The notes under the pieces: generated by a model | What the model saw: the letters and a program-made list of their open reading frames with translations, nothing else | Database searches by the model: none | Told to the model about the DNA's origin: nothing | Program-made: the position numbers and the translations under genes | Assembly (NCBI GenBank): GCA_963825035.1 | Contig: CAWGRT010000022.1 | Coordinates: 196,117-260,116, forward strand | DNA length: 64,000 bases | Reading direction: 5' to 3' | Source: Candidatus Krumholzibacteriia bacterium | Lineage (GTDB): Bacteria > Krumholzibacteriota > Krumholzibacteriia > LZORAL124-64-63 | In this document: positions 37,483 through 47,097 of the stretch, piece by piece | How positions within the stretch are numbered: position 1 is the first letter of the stretch | Layout of the letters: each line of letters starts with the position of its first letter

Positions 37483-38178
37483 TCACGGTCCCTGGCGGCC
37501 CGGCAGCTCCCACCGGACGCCGAGCCGCACCAGCCAGCCGCTGTAGTCCAGCGGCACGTAGGCGCCGGTCGCGGGATCGATCATCGCGACGTAGCCGAAA
37601 TCCAGTTCGTCGAAGCGCAGGTGGCGCGCCCCCGCGGTCGCGACGATCCAGACGTGGTCCACCGGCGTGAACTCGAGCGAGACCTGGCCGTCGACGACGA
37701 GGCTGTGCTCGGAGATGTCGCCGACGTACGGGTCGCCTTCGTAGTCCGAAATCAGCTGCCCCGACAGCACGCCGATGCCGACCCCCGCGCCCACGCCGAT
37801 CCGCACCCGCGACCGGACGTACGGTCGCCACCAGGCCGTGACCTTGAACTGGTGGACGGGCAGGTCGACGTCCGCGGGCGGGCTGTCGCCGCTGCTGGCG
37901 GTGCGCTCGAACAGGCGCTCGTAGTCAAAGCTGAGCGCCCAGGCCTGGTCGAGGTCGGCGCCGACGCCGAGGCCAAACGAGGGGCCGCTCTCCAGGAGGG
38001 AAGCGTCGAAGGAGCGGGAAAAGCGGCCAAGGTACTCGAAGGTGGCGCCGTCGAACGCGCTGGGGCCGCGGTCGGCATAGCCGGCGGTGACGGTCAGCCA
38101 GGGCTGCATCGGGTACGCGATTGACGGCGCCAACGCCAACATACAGAGGCCACACAGCGCCCCGAGGAGTCTAGCCAT
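37483..38178 (-). CDS. Putative outer-membrane beta-barrel protein
   Basis: It has a signal peptide, amphipathic beta strands and a terminal LGVRWELP-type strand. Confidence 0.6.
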   Translation of the reverse strand: MARLLGALCGLCMLALAPSIAYPMQPWLTVTAGYADRGPSAFDGATFEYLGRFSRSFDASLLESGPSFGLGVGADLDQAWALSFDYERLFERTASSGDSPPADVDLPVHQFKVTAWWRPYVRSRVRIGVGAGVGIGVLSGQLISDYEGDPYVGDISEHSLVVDGQVSLEFTPVDHVWIVATAGARHLRFDELDFGYVAMIDPATGAYVPLDYSGWLVRLGVRWELPGRQGP

Positions 38179-38253
38179 TGTGATGTTCTCCGACTTGCAA
38201 CGTTGGCTCCGCCTGCAATCGTCGCTGGCGCGGTTGTCAGGTGGAAGTGGTAG

Positions 38254-38523
38254 TTAAACCTCTATTTCTTCCTTCGCCGCCGCTGCCACGGATCCTCCGG
38301 CTGAGCGGTTCGCAAAGTAGAAGATGTAGACCAGGCCTCCCAAGACCAACGGCAAAGCCGCCGCCGGAGGTGGCGGCATAAAGAACATGAAGCCGATCGG
38401 CAACAGGATGAAGTACGCGCCGAACACCGCCCGCTTCTGAGTTGGAAACAGCCACGCGAGCCCGAATTGAATCACCAGGATAACGGCATGGACGACCAGG
38501 ATACCTATTGAATTCTCCGTCAC
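38254..38523 (-). CDS. Small hypothetical membrane protein (low-GC island)
   Basis: GTG at 38523 after GGGGGTG. 89 aa with 3 predicted hydrophobic helices. I recognise no family. Confidence 0.4.
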   Translation of the reverse strand: MTENSIGILVVHAVILVIQFGLAWLFPTQKRAVFGAYFILLPIGFMFFMPPPPAAALPLVLGGLVYIFYFANRSAGGSVAAAAKEEIEV

Positions 38524-38655
38524 TGAACACCCCCGCGATATCGGTTTAGCGTTAGCTTCAGCTGCAAAGGCGTTTGGCGCGGGCCGTGCGCCAGCACGGT
38601 GCGTGACAAGCGGCTTTGTCAGCTGGAAGCCATTGTTAGAATGGCCTGCCAACAA

Positions 38656-39240
38656 TCACTGAAGCCTCTTGATCCAAGATTCGAGTTTCGTCGAGACGGC
38701 AAATATGCGCCCCTCCATGTCCTCGGGCTCGGGCCGCACGCGTTTGAATTTAACATCTTTGGGAAGCACCTCGACACACGATTTCACTTGATCGAGGTTG
38801 TCCCGCGTTAGCAGTAGCGGTTCGCATAGCGGCCACATAACTCGTGGATCCGCGCTTGAGTCCCTGACAAACCCTAAGCACCATAGAGCGGTCACGCCCT
38901 CCAGTTCGCTAAGAGGAACAAATGTATCAGTTCTTCTCGCGACCACATCTTCCCCCGGATACCACTCTGCAGCGTGCCATTCAACCGGAAGAGGCTCACT
39001 GGATATCACCTTGCCGACTACAATATCATCGACTTGAAGGTAGCTGACCCGTTCGCTCACTGTGGAGTCAACAGGCGCTGTGCCTACGATATGCCCGATA
39101 ACTACATAGTCCGATTCAGCAACCGCTGATCGGAATACAACTTCAAATGGAAACGAGAAGGCGCAGACGACGCCAGCCCCCGCACACAATAGCAACGCGG
39201 TCAATGTCCCGGCGGAATTCCGCAACTGCTTAGTGTTCAT
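38656..39240 (-). CDS. Hypothetical signal-anchored protein (low-GC island)
   Basis: 194 aa starting MNTKQLRNSAGTLTALLLCAGAGVVCA... Its codon usage is clearly AT-richer than the neighbours. I recognise no family. Confidence 0.5.
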   Translation of the reverse strand: MNTKQLRNSAGTLTALLLCAGAGVVCAFSFPFEVVFRSAVAESDYVVIGHIVGTAPVDSTVSERVSYLQVDDIVVGKVISSEPLPVEWHAAEWYPGEDVVARRTDTFVPLSELEGVTALWCLGFVRDSSADPRVMWPLCEPLLLTRDNLDQVKSCVEVLPKDVKFKRVRPEPEDMEGRIFAVSTKLESWIKRLQ

Positions 39241-39406
39241 CTGAAAGACTCTCATTCTAACCGGAACTCTACCGCCCGCAGCATCAGTTGCACCGCGGAC
39301 CCCACGACCAAGTAATGCAGAACTCGAATTACGGTCGCACCTTGGCGCGGTGTTCTGATCGCGATCAACGGCACCCCGCCCACCCAGCGAATCACCCGCC
39401 ATCGCC

Positions 39407-41562
39407 TCACTCCACCGCAATGGCATACCCCGCCGCCTCCCAGGCCAACATCCCCCCCTTGAGCACGAACACCCGCTCATACCCGAAGTCCTTGAGGATC
39501 GTCACCCCGAGCACCGCCCGCCGCCCCATCCGACTGACGAGGCAGACGCTCTTCTCCCCAAGCACTCCGGCGCCCGGGCCGTCAAGACCCGCAGCGGCAT
39601 CGACCGGGCCCCGGGAATGTGCCAGTTCCGAAATTCCCCTGGCTCCCCCACGTCCACCACCAGCAGGTCCGTGTCCGGGTCCAGCATCAGCAGCTTCAGG
39701 GTGCTGGGCGACAGGAAATCGATCTCGTGCTCCGGGATCTCGGCCGCGTCGGGCAGCGACGCCGCGTGCTCCTCCTTGGGCAGCGCCTGGCACTCGGCGA
39801 ACACCCGCACCTTGCAGCCGTAGATGCAGATCCCCGGATGCAGCTTCTTGTGGAAGAGGAAGCCGATGGTGTCGTCCTGGTCCAGGATGTTCTCCGTGCC
39901 GATGAAGCGGTCGAAGCCCGCCAGGTTCATCATGTGCCGCACCATGGGGCGCACGCCGTCCAGAAAGACGTCGCCGCCGCGCTTGCGGTAGGAGCGGACC
40001 ACGCCCTCCAGCATGTGGATGCCGCTGACGTCGCAGTGGTCCACCATGTGCATCTTCAGCAGCAGGAACATCTGGGTGGGGTTCGTCTTCTGGTTGGCGT
40101 GGACGGCCTCCTCGATGTGGTTGACCGCGCCGAAGTACAGCGAGCCCTCGATCTTCATCACGCCCAGCTGCGGGCACACCGTGTGGTCGTCGGCGCGCAG
40201 GAAGTGGCGGAAGTTCTCGTCGGGCACCACCGGATACACGCCCGGGGTGGAGGTCTTGATGAGGAAGCGGCCGAAGCTGACCAGCATGCCCGCCAGCACC
40301 GCCACGTCCAGGGGCAGGACCAGGGTGCCCGTCAGCGTGGCCAGCATGATGACACTGTCGCCCTTGCTGGTGCGCAGGATGCGCCGCATCTCCCTGCGGT
40401 CGACCATGCCCCAGGCCGTCACCAGCAGCACGCCGGCCAGGGCCGCCCGGGGCAGGTACCGCACCAGGGGCGCCAGGGCCAGCACCGCCGCCAGCACCCA
40501 CAGGCCGCAGAACACGTTGGCCAGGGGCGTGCGGGCGCCCGCGGCGTGGTTGATCATCGTCCGGGACGGCGAGCCGCTGACCGGGTAGCCCGAGAAGAAC
40601 CCCGCCAGCACGTTGGCCACGCCCTGGCCGAAGAACTCCTGGTTGGTATCCAGCCGCTGGCCCGTGCGCGCGGCCACCGCGCGGGCGCTGGACGTGGCCT
40701 CCACCAGGCCGATGGCCGCCACCGCCAGGGCGCCGGCCGCCAGCTGGAAGAACAGATCGCCCGAGATCAGGGGCAGGGCCGTCAAGGGCGGCAGCGAGCG
40801 GGGCAGGGTGCCCAGCACCACCAGGCCGTGGCGATCCAGGTGCAGCCCCGCGGTCACGGCGCAGGCGGCCGCCACGGCGATCAGCGCCGCCGGCCACCGG
40901 GGCCGCAGCGCCCGCACCAGCACCAGCAGGACCATCACGCCCGCGCCCACGGCCACGCTGGGCAGGTGTGTGGACCCCATGGACCGGCCGATCTCCCTCA
41001 CCGTCACCACGAACTCGGGGCTGCTGTGCAGGTCCAGCCGCAGCAGGTGGCGCATCTGGTTGGCGGCGATCAGCACGCCCGCGCCCGCCGTGAACCCCAG
41101 CACCACGCTGTCGGCCACGAAGTTCACCAGCACGCCCATCCGCAAGAGCCCCATGGCGATACGGATCGTGCCCGCCAGCACCGCCAGGTAGCCGGCCGCC
41201 ACCAGGAACTCGGGGGTGCCCGGCTGGGCCACCGTCAGCAGGGTGGCCAGCACCAGCATCGAGGACGCGTTGGTGGGCCCGCTCTGCAGCTGGATCGACG
41301 AGCCCCACAGCGCCCCGGCGATGCTGGCCACGATGGCCGCGTACAGGCCCGTCTGGGCGGGCAGTTCGGCGATGGAAGCGTAGGCGATGGCCTGGGGCAG
41401 CAGCACCACGGCCACCGTCAGGCCCGTCAGGGCGTCGGGCAGCAGGTCGGCGCGGTGCACGGTCTCCAGGATGCGGGCCGGGCGCAGCACGTACGCCGCC
41501 CCCTTGGCCGCCAGCAGGCGCCCGGTCCCGAGGATGCGCTCCGCTGCCGTCCCGGCGCTCAC
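39407..41562 (-). pseudogene. SulP-family anion transporter fused to STAS and a C-terminal rhodanese domain, one frame break near 39565-39575
   Basis: GTG at 41562 overlaps the glpX stop (GTGA). The order is SulP TM core, then STAS (KIEGSLYFGAVNH), then rhodanese (WHIPGA... / ...VCLVSRMGRRA...GGMLAW), which is split across two frames. Confidence 0.8.
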
Positions 41563-42554
41563 TTCAGGCGGTGCGCCGTGCGGATGAACCGCCGCGTGCC
41601 CGTGTCCATGCGCAGGACCAGCGATTCGGTGTCGGCGCTGTCGCCGTGGAAGCGGACACCCCGCAGCAGCGGCGTGTCGGTGATGCCCGTGGCGGTGAAG
41701 AACACGTCGTCGCCGGCCACCATGTCGCCGCAGGCGAAGATGCGGTCCACGTCCAGGCCCGCGTCCCGGCAGGACCGGCGCTCGTCCTCGTTCCGGGTGA
41801 ACACCCGGCCCAGCATGCCGCCGCCCAGGGCCTTCACGGCGCAGGCGGCCAGCAGGCCCTCCGAGGCGCCGCCGGTGCCCATCATCAGGTCCACGCCGCC
41901 GTCGGGATCGGCGGTCATGATGGCCCCGCCGATGTCGCCGGCCGGCCGCAGGTAGACCCGGGCGCCGGCCTTGCGGATGTCGTGCACCAGGTTCTCGTGC
42001 CGCTGGCGCTCGAGGATGAACACCACCAGGTCGCGGATATCCTTGCCCATGGCCCTGGCCACGAGCGCCAGCACCCAGCCGGGGGGCGCGTCCAGCGCCT
42101 CGGGGCCCAGGGCGGCCGCGGCGCGGCGGTCCACCACCAGCTTCTCCATGTACACGGCGGGCGCCGGCTTCCACATGGCGCCCGGATCGGCGAAGGCCGC
42201 CACCGAGATGCTGCCCGGCCGGCCCTCGGCCACCAGGCTGGCGCCGTCGATGGCGTTGACCTCCACGTCCAGCTCCGGGCCCTTGCCCGTGCCCACGGCG
42301 GCCCCGCTGTCCAGGCGCGAGTGCTCGCCCACGCGCAGCTCCTCGCCGCTGACAATGCGGCCCTGCATGGGCATCAGGTTCAGGGCGGCGGCCATGGCGT
42401 CCTGGGCGGCGTGGTCGGCGGCCTGGCGATCGCCCAGGCCCATCCAGCGGCCGGCGGCCAGGGCCGCGGCCTCGGTGGCGCGCACCAGGCCCAGGCCCGG
42501 ATGGGGCGGGGGCTGGCGCAGGCCGATCTCGGCGTGAGAGGGTTGGTCCGGCAT
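41559..42554 (-). CDS. glpX: Class II fructose-1,6-bisphosphatase GlpX
   Basis: ATG at 42554 after GGAGG. It is GlpX-like throughout (ATEAAALAAGRWMG, DPIDG-equivalent AIDGAS, GTGGASEG). Confidence 0.9.
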   Translation of the reverse strand: MPDQPSHAEIGLRQPPPHPGLGLVRATEAAALAAGRWMGLGDRQAADHAAQDAMAAALNLMPMQGRIVSGEELRVGEHSRLDSGAAVGTGKGPELDVEVNAIDGASLVAEGRPGSISVAAFADPGAMWKPAPAVYMEKLVVDRRAAAALGPEALDAPPGWVLALVARAMGKDIRDLVVFILERQRHENLVHDIRKAGARVYLRPAGDIGGAIMTADPDGGVDLMMGTGGASEGLLAACAVKALGGGMLGRVFTRNEDERRSCRDAGLDVDRIFACGDMVAGDDVFFTATGITDTPLLRGVRFHGDSADTESLVLRMDTGTRRFIRTAHRLK

Positions 42555-42721
42555 GGCGGGGCCTCCGGGGACAGGGAGAGGTCGCTCGTCACGGATCCAC
42601 TCTAGCCCAACGGCGGCGTCCGGGGAACGCCCATGTCGCCGCGCCTTCCCCGGTTGACCTGCCGGCGGGGCGTCCGCACAATGGGCGGAGCATGGATCCC
42701 CGTCGGCAAGGAGCATCGGTC

Positions 42722-43783
42722 ATGGCAAGAGTGTTCTCCCTGCACCGCGACCGGATCGGGCGCTCGCCCGGCACCGTCGAGTACCTGGGCCAGCAGAAGG
42801 TGGACAACGTCACCGTCCAGGTGCGCGCCTTCGGTCCGGACCGGATCGCCGACCTGGACATCGAGGCGGTGCTGGACGGCGCCGGCCCCGAACCGGGCGA
42901 GACCCTGTGGGTGGACGTGCTGGGCCTGCACGACACCCTGCTGATCGCCCGCCTGGGCGCGCGCTTCGGCGTGGATGCCCTGGTGCTGGAGGACGTGCTC
43001 TCCACCTCCCAGCGGGCCAAGGTCGAGGAGAACGGCGACGTGCTGTACGCCGTGTGCCGCTCGTCCATCTTCACCGAGAGCGTCGGCCGGGCCGAGACCG
43101 AGCAGGTCAGCGTCATCATGGGGGAAAACTTCGTGCTCTCGTTCCAGGAGCGCGATCCCGACGTGTTCGCGCCGGTGCGCGACCGGCTGCACCGGGGCCG
43201 CGGACGCCTGCGCACCGGCGGCCCGGGCTACCTGGGCTACGCGCTGGTGGACGCCGTGGTCGACGGCCACCTGCTGGCCCTGTCCCAGTTCGGCGAGCGG
43301 GTGGAGGCGCTGGAGGAGGACATGATCGACGACCCGGAGCCCGACCACCTGGCCAACCTCCACGCCCTCAAGCGCGAGCTCGTGCTCCTGCGCCGCGCCA
43401 TCCGCCCCATGCGCGAGATGACCACCAACTTCACCCGCCTGGTGGTGGACGATTACGGCGACGACGTGGCCGGCTTCCTGGGCGACCTGCACGACCACAC
43501 CATCCAGGCCGGCGACGCCATCGAGTCCTACTACGAGCTGCTGGTGGGCATGCACGACTTCTACCAGTCCACCGTCAGCCAGCGCCTGAACGAGGTGATG
43601 AAGGTCCTGACCATCATCTCCACCCTGTTCGTGCCCCTGACCTTCGTGGCGGGCATCTACGGCATGAACTTCCAGCACATGCCCGAGCTGGCCTGGAAGT
43701 GGAGCTATCTGGTGTTCTGGTGCGTGATCACGGCGGTGGGGGTGGGCATGCTCATGTTCTTCCGGCGGCGGCGCTGGCTGTAG
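42722..43783 (+). CDS. corA: Magnesium/cobalt transporter CorA
   Basis: AAGGAG lies 8 nt upstream. The YGMNF (GMN) motif is followed by two C-terminal TM helices. Confidence 0.92.
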   Translation: MARVFSLHRDRIGRSPGTVEYLGQQKVDNVTVQVRAFGPDRIADLDIEAVLDGAGPEPGETLWVDVLGLHDTLLIARLGARFGVDALVLEDVLSTSQRAKVEENGDVLYAVCRSSIFTESVGRAETEQVSVIMGENFVLSFQERDPDVFAPVRDRLHRGRGRLRTGGPGYLGYALVDAVVDGHLLALSQFGERVEALEEDMIDDPEPDHLANLHALKRELVLLRRAIRPMREMTTNFTRLVVDDYGDDVAGFLGDLHDHTIQAGDAIESYYELLVGMHDFYQSTVSQRLNEVMKVLTIISTLFVPLTFVAGIYGMNFQHMPELAWKWSYLVFWCVITAVGVGMLMFFRRRRWL

Positions 43784-43849
43784 CGCCACCGGCCACGGCC
43801 ACGTCCGAAAACGGCGAGCACGGCGCCGGCGACCTGCTATCTTGCGGGC

Positions 43850-45279
43850 ATGGAACTCGACCGCGACACCTGCTACCGCGCCGTCCAGAGCCGCGATCCC
43901 CGCTTCGACGGGCGCTTCTTCACGGCCGTGCGCACCACCGGCATCTACTGCCGTCCCGTGTGCCCGGCCCGCACCCCCCATGCCGCCAACGTGGAGTTCT
44001 TCGCCTGCGCCGCGGCCGCCGAGCAGGCGGGCTACCGTCCCTGCAAGCGCTGCCGGCCCGAGACGGCGCCGGGCACCCCGGCCTGGGCGGGCACCGCGGC
44101 CACCGTCGCAAGGGCCCTGCGGCTGATCGGCGAGGGCGCCCTGGACGCGGGCGCGGTGGCCGACCTGGCGGCGCGGCTGGGCCTGGGCGCCCGCCAATTG
44201 GACCGCCTCTTCCACGAACACCTGGGCACCACCCCCGTGGCGGTGGCCCAGACCCGGCGGGCGCACTTCGCCCGGGCGCTGCTGGAGCAGGGCGACCTGC
44301 CCTTGGCCCGGGTGGCCCTGGCGGCGGGGTTCGGCAGCCTGCGGCGGTTCAACACGGTGATGAAGAGCACCTTCGGGATGCCGCCCAGCGCCCTGCGCCG
44401 GGCCGCGGCATCGCGCCCGGCCGGCGGGCCGTTCCGGGCCCGGCTGACCGTGCGCCCGCCCTATGCCTGGGACGCGGTGCTGGCCTACCTGGCCGGCCGG
44501 GCCATCCCCGGGGTGGAGGAGGTGGCCGGCGGCCGCTACCGTCGCACCGTGGTCTGGGGCGGCCGGCCCGGGGTGATCGCCGTGGGTCGCGACGGGCCCG
44601 ACCACCTGCTGCTGGAAGCCGAACTGGGTGCCACCGACGGCGCCGTGGCCCTGGTGGCGCGGGTGCGGCGCATGTTCGACTGCGACGCCGATCCGGGGAT
44701 CATCGCCGCGCACCTGGGCGGCGACCCGCTGCTGGCCGGATCGTTGCAACGGCGGCCGGGCCTGCGGCTGCCCAGCGGCTGGGATCCCTTCGAGCTGGCG
44801 GTGCGCACGGTGGTGGGCCAGCAGATCTCGGTGGCGGCGGCGTCCACCGTGACCGGACGGCTGGCCCGGCGGCTGGGCGCGCCCCTGGCAGCACCGGACG
44901 GCGGCCTGACCCACGTGTTTCCGGGGCCGGACGTGGTGGCGGCGGCGGACCTGGACGGTCTGGGCCTCAACCGTCGCCGCGCGGCGACGCTGGCCGGCCT
45001 GGCCCGCGCCGTGGCCGCCGGCGCGGTGGACCTGGCCGCCCCCCGCGGACCCGACGATGCTGGCCGCCCAGCCTGACCGCCCTGCCGGGCATCGGCCCCT
45101 GGACCGCCGGTTACGTGGCCATGCGGGCGGCGGGCGAGCCCGACGCCTTCCCCCTGGGGGACCTGGGCCTGCACAAGGCCGCCCCCGACCTGGACCTGGC
45201 GGCGCGCGCCGAAGCCTGGCGCCCCTGGCGCGCCTACGCCGCCCTGCACCTGTGGGCGTCCCTGGGAGACCGGCCATGA
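43850..45279 (+). pseudogene. Ada-like Zn-finger/AraC HTH fused to AlkA-type HhH-GPD DNA glycosylase, frame break near 45055-45070
   Basis: The N-terminus has a Cys4 Ada domain (CRPVCPAR...CKRC) and an AraC HTH, followed by the AlkA N-domain and HhH-GPD. The C-terminal [18 protein letters not shown] segment is in another frame, ending at 45279. Confidence 0.8.
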
Positions 45280-45772
45280 GCACCCTCTACACCCGCACCT
45301 ACCGCAGCCCCCTGGGCGACCTCGAGCTGCAGAGCGACGGCACCGCGCTGATGCGCATCCGCCTGCCCGAGGAGGTGCGCCCGGCCGCGGCCACCGCCGT
45401 GCGCCGCGCCGACGCCGCGCCTTTCGCCGCCGTCGTCGCCCAGCTGGACGATTACTTCGCCGGCACGCGCCGCGCCTTCGACCTGCCCCTGGCCCCCGGG
45501 GGCACCGCCGTTCCAGCAGGCGGTGTGGAACGCCCTGCGCGCGCATACCCTACGGCCGCACCATCAGCTACGCCGCCCTGGCGCGCAAGTTGGGCCGGCC
45601 CACCGCCTGCCGGGCCGTGGGGGCCGCCAACGGCCGCAATCCCCTGCCCATCGTGGTGCCCTGCCACCGGGTGATCGGCAGCGACGGGCGCCTGACCGGG
45701 TACGCCGGCGGCCTGGAAGCCAAGCGGTGGCTGCTGGAGCTGGAGGGAGCCCTGCCGACCCCGGCGGGCTGA
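45276..45772 (+). pseudogene. ogt: Methylated-DNA-protein-cysteine methyltransferase, 2-3 frame breaks
   Basis: ATGA overlap with the upstream gene. Fragments carry FQQAVWNAL, the YG..ISY-type motif and the active site [10 protein letters not shown]. Confidence 0.8.
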
Positions 45773-45852
45773 GGTCCGTTGCGCCCCGTGCGGCGGCGCG
45801 TTACGTTGGCCCGCAATCGTGCCGCGCACCCCTTTTCCCCGTGGAGGATCCG

Positions 45853-46991
45853 ATGCTCCGCCTGACCGGCGCCCTTGCGCTCCTGTGCCTGGCCGCCGCG
45901 CCCGCCGCCGCCCAGGACGATCCGCCGGCCCGTCTGGACGAGGCGCCCGTGGTGGTCCCGGTGGACTCCACCGCGGCCGAGCTGGCCAAGGGCAACACGG
46001 TGATCCTGCCCATCGTGGCCTACACCCCCGACACGGGGCTGGCCCTGGGGGCGTTCGCCCTGCGCTTCTTCTACCTGGATCCGCCGGGGGATGGCGCGCG
46101 GCCCTCGACCCTGAGCCCGGTGTTCATCTACACCTTCAAGAACCAGCTCATCGCCTTCCTGGGCGCCGATCTCAACTGGGGCGACGGCCGCTGGCACGCC
46201 CGCCTGGTGCCGGGCTACCAGAAGTTCCCCGACGATTTCTACGGCATCGGACGCGACGCGCCGGCCGACCCGCTGGAGGAGTACACCCCCGAGCAGTTCA
46301 GCTTCGCGGCCATGGTCGAGCGCGAGGTGCTGGGCGAGCTGCGCCTCGGCGTCGGCTACCAGGTCAGGCGACACCAGCTCCTGGAGACCGAGGCCGGCGG
46401 CAGGTTGGCCTCGGGCATGGTCCGGGGGTCCGGGCGCACGGTGCTGTCGGCGCCGGGCCTGCAGGCGGCCTGGGACACCCGCGACAACACCTGGGCCCCC
46501 CGCCGCGGCCTGTGGGCGGTGGCGACCGCCACGTTCTACCGGGAAAGCTGGGGCAGCGACACCCGCTTCACCGAGTACCTGGCCGACCTGCGGGGCTACC
46601 TGCCCGTGGGCGAGGGCGGCACCCTGGCCGCCCAGGTCCGCTACCAGGACGTGGACGGGGATCGCGCCCTTCTTCGCCCTGCCCCGCCTGGGGGGCCAGG
46701 AGGGCCTGCGGGGCTATCCCGGCGGCCGGTTCCTGGACAACGCCGCCGCCTGGGTGCGGGGCGAGTGGCGCTGCGGGCCGGTGTGGAAGCGTTTCGGCGG
46801 CGTGGTCTTCGCCGCGGTGGGCGACGTGGCGCCGCGGCCGGGTGGCCTGACGATGGCGTCGGGGCTGACCACCTTCGGCGCCGGCATCCGCTGGACCGTC
46901 GATCCCGAGGAAAAGGTGAACGTGCGCATGGATTTCGGGTTCGGGCCGCAACGACGGCGGGTTCTACCTGTCCCTGGGCGAGGCCTTCTGA
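45853..46991 (+). pseudogene. Omp85/surface-antigen (bacterial surface antigen D15-like) barrel protein, at least 2 frame breaks
   Basis: It has a signal peptide and a barrel region. The C-terminal fragments (GGQEGLRGYPGGRF..., FGAGIRW..., DFGFGP...FYLSLGEAF to the stop) sit in shifted frames. Confidence 0.7.
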
Positions 46992-47097
46992 CGACGATCG
47001 CTGTTTGCCCAGGAGGCTCGACACGGTATACGATCGGGACGCCGGCGCGCCCGTGCGTCGGCGCCACGCGGGAGCAGACGTGACCACAGTCACCGCC

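Noticed and set aside
38226-39351. 9-bp direct repeat TGGCGCGGT (38226-38234 and 39343-39351) flanking the low-GC island as att/TSD sites
   Set aside because: A GC-rich 9-mer match between two roughly 100-170 nt flanks has roughly a one-in-four chance expectation by my estimate. No integrase or tRNA is present.
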